A stretch of 64,000 nt of DNA from Octopus vulgaris (Eukaryota). Positions 1 through 12,268 of the stretch are shown here, one piece after another (the stretch's first letter is position 1; every line of letters begins with the position of its first letter). Where the stretch lies: positions 2,480,001-2,544,000 of the forward strand of contig OX597839.1 in assembly GCA_951406725.2 (NCBI GenBank). Reading direction: 5' to 3'. Below the pieces are notes generated by a model, which saw only the letters and a list, made by a program, of their open reading frames with translations, did not search any database and was not told the origin of the DNA. The position numbers were made by a program, and so were the translations under genes.

Positions 1-310
1 AATTTACAGGTTCTATAAGCAAAATGACATGAGTATGCAACTGGACACATCAAAATACTACAGTAAGTCTGCTTCCCATCTTCAAGATTTGGTATTTGAA
101 TACATACATACATGAATACACACACACATACTCCTATATATTTATATATATATAGATATATGTATGTATGTATATTTGTATGTGTATGTTTGTATATGTA
201 TGTATATATGTATGTGTGTGTATGTGTGTGTATGAATGTGTGTGTGTGTATATATATGTATATATATATATATGTGTGTGAGTGTGTATATATTTATATA
301 TATATATGCA

Positions 311-355
<45 letters not shown>

Positions 356-505
356 TAGAAAAGAACCACCTTTTATTAATTCAACATTGAAATTACAATG
401 ATATAATTAAATTATACCAAATTGAAAAAAATTAAATATACGATAAAAACATATACCAATAATTAAGTACAAAATAATAAATAAAAAGTATATAATTGGT
501 AAAAA

Positions 506-586
506 GACTACACGTGCTTCGTGGCTATATTTTCAAATCGATAACAGTAAAATCAATTCAATTTAAATACAGTCACTCTTCAGGTC
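506..586 (-). ncRNA. Hammerhead-ribozyme-like motif (Penelope type, degenerate)
   Basis: GAC-CTGAAGA-GTGACTGTATTT...AAATATAGCCAC-GAAG-CACGTG-TA-GTC; GAAA is changed to GAAG. Confidence 0.6.
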
Positions 587-1785
587 CAAGATAAAAACAA
601 TAAAAGAATTAAATAAATAAATATACGTATATAATATTGTAGGAAAATATAAATGAATATAAAAATACGTAATTTTACAATAAAAATCAAACAAAATACA
701 ATAATATATCATAAAATACTAACACAAAATATCTTAACAAACATATTCTGGTATAAATAAAACTAGAATAAATAGGTATAAATATTTATTATATCCATGA
801 AAATAAATTTTAACTTATATAACTTATATGAAAATAAATCTTAACTTACATGCCACTGGCACATGCACCTGTGCCGGTGGCACGTAAAAAGCACCCACTA
901 TATTCACGGAGTGGTTGGCATTAGGAAGGGCATCCAGCTGTAGAAACACTGCCAGATCAGAATGGAACCTAGTGCAGCCTCCTGGCTTCCCTGACCCCGG
1001 TCGAACCATCCAACCCGTGCTGGCGTGGAAAACGGACGTTAAACGATGATGATGACGATGATGATTTTAACAATAATAATCAAACACAATACAATTCAAA
1101 AATTAAATAGTACTGTTATATAAATACGTTACTTATCTTATTGAAGAACATTTTATAACTGAATTTTAAACATAAAAACGTAGGCCTTAGCGTTTATAAG
1201 AAATTAAACTCGTGAAGACATTGTGTAAAAAGATAGAATAAATCTATTAATGAAGATGACGAAATATATTTATTAATGAAAATGACGAAAAATATTTAAG
1301 CTTCTAGAATCAAATAATAAGAGAACAACAAATCTATAAATGACTATTTACTATAAATTTAAAATCATTTATTTATTAAGAAATATCCAAGTTTAAACTT
1401 ATTCAAATATAGTAATATAACATATAATAACAAGCTAATTTATACACTAATACAACTAAATTATATCTACAATAAATAAGTAACATAAAATAGGGTTTTA
1501 TATATACGGAAAATTAGCTAAATCTATTATGTAGGTAAATTAATTTATGTTTGCAGCTAATTTTATGCTAATTTTATGTATCAGTAAATTGACCGATACA
1601 TAATTATTATTAAATAATATTTCCTTAAATTCATTATTACACAATAAACAAGAATTACTCCCTATACAATAAGATTTTGCCATACAAATTTAGGCCTCAG
1701 TAAACATATTTGGGAACTTAAATCTAAATGTATTAAATATGAATTAATTTGGGAGATAATTTGTATATGTATCTATATATATATG

Positions 1786-1868
<83 letters not shown>

Positions 1869-2204
1869 AATGGACCTCTTTTAGTTTCCACTTACCATAT
1901 TCACTCACAAGTCTTTGGGTGGCCCAGGGCTATAGAACACTTTTGTCCAAGGTGCTGCATTGTGGAACTGAACACAGAACCTTGTGGCTGGAAAGTAAAC
2001 TTCTTAGCACATATTTATTTACACAGAAATTGTATCTCCATTTATCTTTTGGTTGTTTCAGTCATTTATCTGTGGCCAAGCTGTGGCAATGCTTTGAAAG
2101 GTTTTGTTGAATAAACTGACTCTAGTACTTTTTTTAACATTTGGCATTTATTTTGTCAGTCTCTTTTGCCAAACTGTTTATTTATATATATTTTCGGTTT
2201 TTAG

Positions 2205-2301
2205 CTTTTATCTTGGAAGACAGCCAGCACTGCTGATTGGAGATCCAGAGATGTTGGAACAAATAATGGTGAAACAGTTCCATAACTTCACAAACCATTA
2301 T
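2205..2301 (+). CDS. CYP3-like exon ([32 protein letters not shown])
   Basis: ttag| ... |gtaagt; resembles CYP3A exon 4. Confidence 0.9.
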
Positions 2302-3455
2302 GTAAGTCAGCTTATTATTTCAAACATTAACTCTTTAGCTGTCATATTTCTTTGTCAAATTTATTGCATATTTATTCATGCATACCAGCCTCCCCTCTTA
2401 ATACCATTATATGTATGTAGGGTAAAGGTAAGGACCACCCCTTAGGTCATGATTGACCATGAGATTGCACCTAAAAAGACCCCTTCCGAGGCACAATCCT
2501 GGGCAAGGCTGTTTATGGAAGAACCAAGATCTCAAACTACTGTATGGAGGTCTCTATCAGCTTGTCAAAATATTTGTTAATAATCTGAGATAGTAGGCCA
2601 TGAGCTGACGGAATCATCATCATGCCAGACAGAATACTTAGCAGCATTTTATCTATCTTTACATTCTGAGTTCAAATTCCACCAAGCTCAACTTTATCTT
2701 TTATCCTTTTGGGATCGATAAAATAAGTACCAGTTGAACATTGGTTGGTTGGTATTTTGTGGGGTGTGTTCAAAGTGTTGTTATAATCATCTCCTTCAAT
2801 ATGGAATCACAAAAGTTGGTAGGGCAGCTTATATTGTAATGATTTACTAAAATTACAATAATGTGGAAGATTTATAACTTTTGCTCCTAAAAAAAAGTCT
2901 CAAAATTGCTGGCCTTGTGCCAAAATTTGAAATTATTAATTTGCGATAATGCTTTTTTCTTCTTTTTCTTTCTTTTACTTTTTCAAATTTCCTTTCAGCA
3001 AGTTGTTCCGCTTGACAGAATTGCCAAGAAAATGATCCTTAATGCCAAAAATGAAGAGTGGAAATACTTAAGGACACTTCTGTCATCGAATTTTTCAGCC
3101 AAAAAGCTAAAAGAGGTATATTTTATGTATATAATCTATGTACATGATCAGCTTCCATACATATGCACAGACATTTTTTTTATTATTTACTTTTTACTTG
3201 TTTTAGTCATGTGACTGCAGCCATGCTGGAGCACCACCTCAAAGAATTTTTACTACTTTCTTTCTTTGCCTAGTATTTAAAAGATAAAAGATAGATGCCT
3301 TAAGCAAGTATCTTCTATTCTCACCTTGGGCCAACCAAAGCCTTGTGAGTGAATTTGGTAGATGGAAACTGAAAGAAGCCCATCATATATATATGTATTG
3401 TTTTACTTTTTTACTTGCTCTGAGCTGAAACTACAGTTAAAGTATATATATAGAC

Positions 3456-3528
<73 letters not shown>

Positions 3529-5459
3529 AATATATATATATATATATACATACACACAGGCGCCAGTAGTCTGTTGGGAATGAAGGCAAGGATTTGATTC
3601 TAGACTTGCACAACTCATGTTTCTTTTGCATTCCTATGATCCTATTCTGTTCATGTGAAGTGGCACCTCTGTTGGTGCAGCTCCTCCAGGCAGGGCAGAC
3701 TTGTGCTTGCATTTTCCACACAACAACACACAAACACATGTAGCACTACATTCAATGTGATGGAATTTGATTGTAATCTCCCTCTCTCTCTCTCTCTCTC
3801 TCTTTCCATTCCTTTCTCTTCCTTTGTGAAATCAAGATGCAACCACTCATAAAGACAGCAGCTGATAATTTGGAAGAAGCCTGCGACAATATTGCAAAAA
3901 CAGGGGAAGACGTGGATGTGAGCCAGTGAGTACGGTCATTTGGTGACCTACCTTTTTTGTTGTTGTTGTTGTTGCTCTTACTGCTGCTTCCTGCCTCCAG
4001 CTCAACTCAATAATGTCCAAGGGCATATATTCCAGGTATCCTGGGTGTGTGCTGCACACCCATTGAAAATGGCAAATTCATTATAAATATCAACCGTACT
4101 CATTAATTTAATCACAAATCTTAATGGAAAACTTTCGTTACACCCCTGCTTGAAACTTGGTGGCATTGGGTGTGGCAGCACAGCCAATATAACAACCACC
4201 ATATGCCACTGGTAATGTCCCAGTAGGGCTACCATGCTTGTCAGAGGCTTGAGGATCTTCTTGTCATCTTTCATGATGACTGATGACTTGCATGTTGACT
4301 TAGTTTAAAGTGAAGAAGAGTTGTATGCTATCAACCTCTCTCTCTCTCTATTCATCGACCATCTTCAATCCAGTGGCAAGACAAGGTCAAAATGATTAGG
4401 AATGGAGGTGGCTGCAGTGGATGGCCCGGCTATCTTACTTGCCCTATCTTGCTTTCTGCAAGACCACTGCAGTAGATTCTGTAAAATGGTTGGTGTTAAA
4501 GAAGAGAATTCAGCCATAAAAATAAACATACAAAGAATACAAAAAATGTTCAAGAGTGATATGAACACCTCTGACCTGTTTAACTGTTTCATTAATATAT
4601 TTCTGTTAAACTACACTGTTTTTGCTTTAATTAGTTTTGAAAATAGTTAAGAATTAAGTAAAATAATTTATATTCCAAATACCAGATTCACAATGATAAA
4701 GTTCACAGGAAAGTTTGATGGAAGGTTTCGAGTTAGAGAAGTTATTAAATCAAGAATTCTGTATCATAGGACTAGGGTCAGTCTCAAGTGGGTTGCTATC
4801 GAAAGGGTAAACAATGAAGGAGCCCCAAATAAGAACAGACTTGGATGGATTCAAACTGTGACATGCTTGCATGGAAAGTACAGGGTGTCCCAAAAGTCAT
4901 TGATGGGTTTCAGTTTTTAATAACTTCCTTAATTTTAAAAGTAAATATAAAGGATATAATGGAAAGGCCATTCAAAATAGACCTCACACGTGGTTCTAGT
5001 AAGATGGGGCAACTGCTCATACTGCAAGAGAAACAATGCAGTTGCTATGGCAATGCTTTGAAGAGAGAATAATCTCCTGCTACAGCAATGTCAACTGGGT
5101 TTCACATTCCCCAGACTTGACTAGTCCAGATTTTTTTCTGTGGGGATACTTGAAAGAGAGGGCTTATGTCAACAAACTGCAGACCCTGGTGCAACTAAAG
5201 GAGAACATCAATAGAGAAATCAGAGAAGCGGGGTCTGAAACTCTTGAGGTTGTTATGGAGCAAGTTTTGGAAAGAGCACGGGCATGCAAAGTCAAAAATG
5301 GCTGCCTTTTAAGCGATGTAACTTTTCATATGTGATGTAGCGGTGTTTCAAAATTTGACCTGTGCATTTTAATTTCCATTATGTTGTTTATATTGTATCA
5401 AAATTTCATGCACTTAGTGAAAGCCATCAGTGACTTTTGGGACACCGTGTAGGTAAAAA

Positions 5460-5493
<34 letters not shown>

Positions 5494-7026
5494 GGAGGAG
5501 GAGGAGGAGGAGGAGGAGGAGGAGAAGGAGAAGGAGGAGAGGCTGATTTGATGATTTTTCTTACTGGTGATGTTGTGCACATGGCATGAAGTCCTCTATG
5601 ACTGGCAAGGGTGATTATGACTCATTAAAAACAAGTAGTAATGGTGGTGATGACAGTGACAATGATGATGATGATGACAGCTATGGTGATGTTGATGATA
5701 ATAAAGATGATGAGGATGATGATTAGGATAAAGGTGATGAGAATGATGATGATCATGATGCTAAAGATGATGACAGGTGTGATGACAATATTGATGATGG
5801 TGATGATGATGATGATGATGATCACAACGATGATGATGATGATGATGACAATGATGATGACAATGATGATGACAGCAATGGTGACGATGATGATAAAGAT
5901 GATGACAACTATGAGTATGATGATATTGATAATGATGATAATGATGACCATTATGGTGATGAAGATGGTGATGACGAGGATGACAATGTTGATGGTAATG
6001 ATGACAGACGATGATAGTTATGATGATGATGATGATGACAACCCACATTACACATTTTTATGTTTTCTCATTTCCATTCCAGTCTGTTTGGTTGCTATAC
6101 TATGGATGTTATTGCTACAACAGCTTTTGGTGTAGAAGTTAACTCACAGAAGAATCCAGACAATCCATTTGTCAAGAATGCCACTTACTTGGTCCGCAGA
6201 AGTCGATTCAAATCAACCTTTGTCATTTCTTGTTAGCTGACCCTTTTTTTGTCTTTTTTTTATGTTTCCTTTATATTTTACAGTTGTTTTTTAATCTAAT
6301 GTAATTTATGTACATAATATCAAAGTGAGTATGTGTGTATATGTGTATATGTGTATGGATATATATATATATCTATGTATATATATGTCGATGTATATGT
6401 ATGATGATAATATATATATGGCTATGTGGTAACCAGCTTGCTTCCCAACAACATGGTTCTGGGTTCAGTCCCAATGTTTGGCACTTTGGATAAATGTCTT
6501 CTACTATAGTCTCAGTCCGACCTAATCCTTATGAGTGGATTTGCTAGACAGAAACTGAAACAAACCTGTCGTATATATATATGTGTATCTGGCACCTGTG
6601 CCGGTGGCACGTAAAAAGCACCCATTAAACACCACAACCCCCCTTTACAATTTTACTACTCCTATATATATTAAAGTAAAAATGCTCATTATAACTAGTT
6701 GTATTTAGTTTAAAGGCTAGTTTATAATAAGTACTATTTATATCTGGAGAAAGTATACCCTATTTTATGAAGACATGATAAATTGCGTTCCTTAAAATTG
6801 TTAATGATCAAATTAAAATTAATTGTTAATTTCAATTGGTTGAAATTACCGAAATACGACTACTTTAACCAGAAATAACTTCCAAAATACAGAATTTTCT
6901 CAACAGCACCAAGAGTAAAAGATGTTTTATGTGACACATTCTACAAATATACGAAGTTTGAAAGTGTTTAGTTACAAAAAATTATATTTTAAAATCTGTC
7001 AGTCAAAAGTAATGAGCCAATTTTAC

Positions 7027-7057
<31 letters not shown>

Positions 7058-9323
7058 CTACACACACACACACATATACACATACACACACATATAAACA
7101 CACATATATATATACACACATATATATATACACACACATATATACATACATGCACACACACACATACACTCACACAGACACATACACACACATATATACT
7201 ATCAGTTAAACACGTCGTTCTTTTGTATCTTTGTAGTTATTTCACGCAAGTTTTTCAAGTTCCTGTTATTCACACGAGTGGTTGCAACTCGATCAAGACA
7301 ATTCTTTTATGATTTATGCAAGAAAATCTTGGCAGATCGGAAACAAACTAATGGCCAGGTAAAGTTCAGTGTTTAGTTTTTTATAAATTGAACATTTTTT
7401 ACTTCATGCCATAAGTTGTCTTGAACATTTTTTACTTCATGCCATAAGTTGTCTTATGCAATCCAAGAGCACATTGACCCATAGAGAGACACGTAAGAAG
7501 ACCATTAAAACTGGAGGCAATGTTGGTGCCAAACTCATTTGTTGCCTCTTGTAAAGAAATGAGGACATCTGAATAATTTTCAAGAAGGGTTTTGATTTCA
7601 GAAAGTCGTGTTAGCCATCGAGTAGGGCACACAGGTTTTAAGGAACGTGGTGACGATACTTCATTTTCTTCTTGTTGTGATAAACACGTCCGCTCAGTGA
7701 CTGCTCGTGTGTAGACACTGTGGAACTGCAGCACTCCCTATTCCCACTCGATATTATCAATAACATTCAATATAATGAGTCCTTTTCCCTTTAATTCCTT
7801 CTTTATACTTGTACATTACATAATCCTTAAGCTTAATGTCAGTAGCCATCCCCTACTTTATGAAAAAAATACAAAAATCATTGTATAGAGCTGTGTGCTT
7901 CACAGTTCCAGCGACGTGGTGTTTGACCATTGTGCACATACTCACACGTTCGAGATAGGAAGCTTCATGCTAGGGAGAGAGAGAGAGAGCACTGCATGAA
8001 CGACAGTGCCGACCCTGGTGTAAAAGGGAGAGAGACAAATCAAGGTTCAAGAGTTGCTGAAGACAACTTGAAAATACTGGTCGCAATATAACTTGTGATA
8101 ATTTTGTTTATAAGTCTAGGATTGACTCGAAAGCTGCTTAACAAGAAACTACTTTAGCTGGAACAGTTAGAAAGAAAAGAGTTGAACTTCCAAGTGCTTT
8201 CACAAATGGAAAAGAAAGAGAAATCAACAGCAGAATATTTTGATTTCAAAAGGATTCTATGATCCTATCTTATTGTTCCAAGAAAAATTATGTAGTCACA
8301 CTTATGAGTACAATGCACTCTCAGCCTTCAATTGATTCAAAAAGTGCTGAAAAGAAACCTGAAGTTATTACATGTTACAACAAAACAAAAGGAGGAGTAG
8401 ATACCCTAAGATAAGACGGTGAGGACATACACTTGCAAAAGAATGACCGAGGTTCATATGATCTCAGAGTGTCTATATAAGATTTAGGGGGTCCCATGAA
8501 AACATTTTGCTTTAGATATACTTATTGCAAGAAACAAATAGATTTCTCTCTCTAACATTTTTTGACATAGTTCAGCCTAAACATGTTAATACATGAAAAA
8601 CAAAATAGGAATTTAGAAAGAAATAGCAATAAAACTAGTTTTTAAACATTAAATGGCTATGGGAGTCCATCACAATAAAATAGTAATAAAAGAGTGTCTA
8701 ACTGTTTAACATCCTGCCTAATTACCCAAGAGATCTGCAAAGTGTAGATGTGGAAGCATTTCAAAAGCACCTGAACAAATTTCTACCTGAAATCCCAGAT
8801 GAACCCACATCACACAGGAGGCACAAAGAAGAGTAATTTCATCCAATTTGCTTCTTCACCAAGAACAGTACTGAAAGGAGACCCAAAAACATTGAAAGGC
8901 GGTACTCCAGCATGCCCCCCACCAGCCTCTACCTGAAACCAGTAAAAGAATAGATAAAAATCAAGAACCACTGCTATAATAGAAGATTCTTGCCCAAGGT
9001 GTAACACAGTGAGACTGAACCCAGGACCATTTGGTTGGGAAGCAAACTTCTTACCACACAGCCACACCGTTTTTTTACTTTCTTTTTTTATGATAAAGAC
9101 CCTATAACATAATGTGTCTGTTAATTATAAAACTAGGTTGGTGAGGGCAAACAGCAAACATCATCATTTGCATTATTTATATTTGACGGATATTTGTCCT
9201 CATCTTGTCTGTTGTTAACACAATGTTTCGGCTGATATACCCTCCAGTCTTCTTCAGGTGTCTTGGGGAAATTTCGAACCTGGGTTCTCATTCCTAAGGT
9301 ATTTTTTGATGTTGTTGTTATTA

Positions 9324-9369
<46 letters not shown>

Positions 9370-12216
9370 AGTCACTGCTTGGAATCGAACTTGGAATCTT
9401 GGGGTTAGTAGCCCGCGCTCTTAACCACCATGCCATATGCCCGTGGGCATTATTATTAATAACAATAATAATAATATTAAAAAAATACCTTAGGAATGAG
9501 AACCCAGGTTCGAAATTTCCCCAAGACACCTGAAGAAGGCTGGAGGGTATATCAGCCGAAACGTGTTAACAACAAACAAGTTGAGGACAAATATCTGTCG
9601 AATGTAATAATGTACATAATTCCTCATCTCTTAAATATAGAACTGAAGCATCATCATTGATTAACATCCAGCTTCCATGCTGGCATGGGTGGGATGATTT
9701 GACAGGAACTGGCCAGGCATAAGCCTGCACCAGACTTCTGTGACTGTTTTGGCAGGATTTTTACAGCTGGATGCTGTAAAAAAAAGAAAAGACAGACAGA
9801 AAGAGAATGAATGACTCCAGTAAAGGACTAACATTTTATTTTGTGACCCTGAAATGGAGACATGCGAATTTGATCTTGGCAGTATTTGAATTCCTTACGC
9901 ATATCCATCTACCTACCATTCTATCTATGCCTGTACAACTTTCATTGAATTATAATTTTTCCCGTCTTCATTTTTCTCTTCTTAAATTTTCTGTTTAATA
10001 GTTCAGGAAAGATCTTCTGCAATTGATGATTGATCAACAAAATGATTTTACCGAAGAACAACCTGAAAAGAATGCAAAGAATGGTGACATGAAGAATGAT
10101 GATGCAAAGAATGGCGATACAGTGAATGGTGATGCAACAACTGATGATGTTCCGATACCTACAAAGTTAGTTAAGAGAAGTAAGTATAACTCTGTTGTTT
10201 TGAAATCTGTGTCATGCTGAATATCCTTGAGAACTGTTAAGGGTATGCAGGTCTGTGGAGTGCTCAGCCACTCGCATGTTTATTTCACGAACAGGCTGTT
10301 CCATCAATCAGCTCAACTGGAATGCATGTCATCGTAACTGACACAGTGCCGGTTTTAAGTGTCTTTGTGTTTGTGTGCTGTTTGTCACCCCTGCCCCTTC
10401 ATCATCCTCACCATCATCATCATTATCACCACCACCATCATCATCATCATCATCATCATCACCATCCACTTTTCCATGCTCACAATTACTGATTGGGAAA
10501 TAATCAAAATCTTGAAATGTATTTTACAAAATTTGATTTTTTTAAAAATTTCTTTTCTCATTGTTTTTTTCTTTTGTTAGAATTAACCGATGAAGAAATC
10601 ATTGCCCAGAGCATCATTTTCTTTATGGCTGGCTATGAAACAACAGCAACCACTTTGTCTTTTATGGCCCACCTTTTAGCCTTACACCAAGACATCCAAG
10701 ATAAAGTGTATCAGGAAATCCAATCAGTCATTGGAAAGGTCAGTAACCCTTCCGGCCCCCTTTTATCTTTCAACTATTTTTAGTACCAACCCTTTGATGC
10801 CTACTGATTTTAAAACACAAAACCTTTCATTTTAAAATGTTCTTATTTAATTAGCACATCCATTTTGATTTTTATGTAAGAATATTTCTAACTCAGTCAG
10901 ATAGCAAATACAGTAAGCTATCACAAAATGAGTATAAACATAATAATGACTTTGTTGGTAAAAGAGAGCATAGGGATGTTGGATTCAATGTAACAGAAAA
11001 GTGGTATGAACACACACCAGAAGGTATGAAAGAGAATAAAACATTAGGATTTTATGGGATTTCCATAGAAATTACATCATTTGCAAAGTCCAGGTCTGTA
11101 AACGTTTACTGCTAGTACTCTCTGCAGTTTTAGCTGGTCTTCGTCACTGATGCCTATAGCTTGCCATTTCGCATAATTCAATATAATTGCAAACAGTTAA
11201 GGTGCAAGCATGTCTCCTTGTAGCACCTCAGCTACAATTTGAAAGAATTCCATTTGACTATCAGATGACAACACACAAGCTCTGGTCTTCTTGTAAGTCT
11301 TTGTAATAGCAAGAACTAGTTCTTCTAGAAGGATCTTTCGTTTTGTCACAATGGATGCTGTCAAATGCTTTGCTGACTTCCATGAAGGTTATAATGGTGT
11401 GTAACTGTCTTGATTTAACCTCTTTTATGATTATAAAAGAGAAAAGAACCAAATATAGACATTGCAATGCCATATCATAATAGAGTGGATACCAAAGAAA
11501 TTGAAAAAATTGAGAAGTGTCAGGACCTAGCCACAGGGAGGAAGAATTTGTGGGAGATGATGACAATTATTCCTCCACTTATCAGTACACTTGGTGCAAC
11601 ATCTAAGCTGCTACATAAGGCACGGAAAGATATTCAAATTGAGACTTGCATTGTCAATCTGCAGAAACCTAAGAAACATTCTTGGGATTTGAGGGAGGCT
11701 TGTTGTCATCAACCCTCAAGACATCCTTGCTAACAAATAGAGCATGTTTTAGATTTAATAATTATAATGATTGTTCTAAATTTTGGCACAAGTCCAGCAA
11801 TTTTGGCACAAAGCATCTCCATCTACTGAGTCTATACTTCCTTCACTCCATACTGCATAATTTTTCAGCCCCAGTATCATGGTACTAATGGTGTCTTCTA
11901 CGTTTAGTGATCATCCACCATCTTCCTTTCTTGGTAGGTAGAGTCAGTTGGTATTACTTTTAGGGTGGAGTGCATGTGCAATATGAGCAGCTTTCTAGTT
12001 CTGCAAGTTCCGCAGCTTGAACTTTGTCAAAGAGGTTAGACAGTTACATTGACTCCAGCATTTGACTAGTCCTTTGTTTTATCAACCCCAGAAAGATGAA
12101 AGGCAAAACTGATGTTAACAGGATTTGAACTCAGAATGTAAAGAACTAGAGAGAATACTGCAAAGCATTTTTTCCAACACTAATGATTCTATCACCTTGC
12201 TGCCTTAATAATGATG

Positions 12217-12268
<52 letters not shown>

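Noticed and set aside
10-62. 53-nt AG...GTAAGT segment, the size expected for the preceding CYP3A exon
   Set aside because: The frame needed to join exon 2205 contains two stops, the open frame ends in the wrong phase, and there is no convincing similarity.
5455-6040. Long Met/Ile/His-rich ORFs (also at 17211-17500, 44590-44950, 59230-59620)
   Set aside because: These are translations of intronic trinucleotide microsatellites.
9368-9442. Functional tRNA gene
   Set aside because: Acceptor and anticodon stems do not pair and there is no terminator; treated as a SINE-type head.
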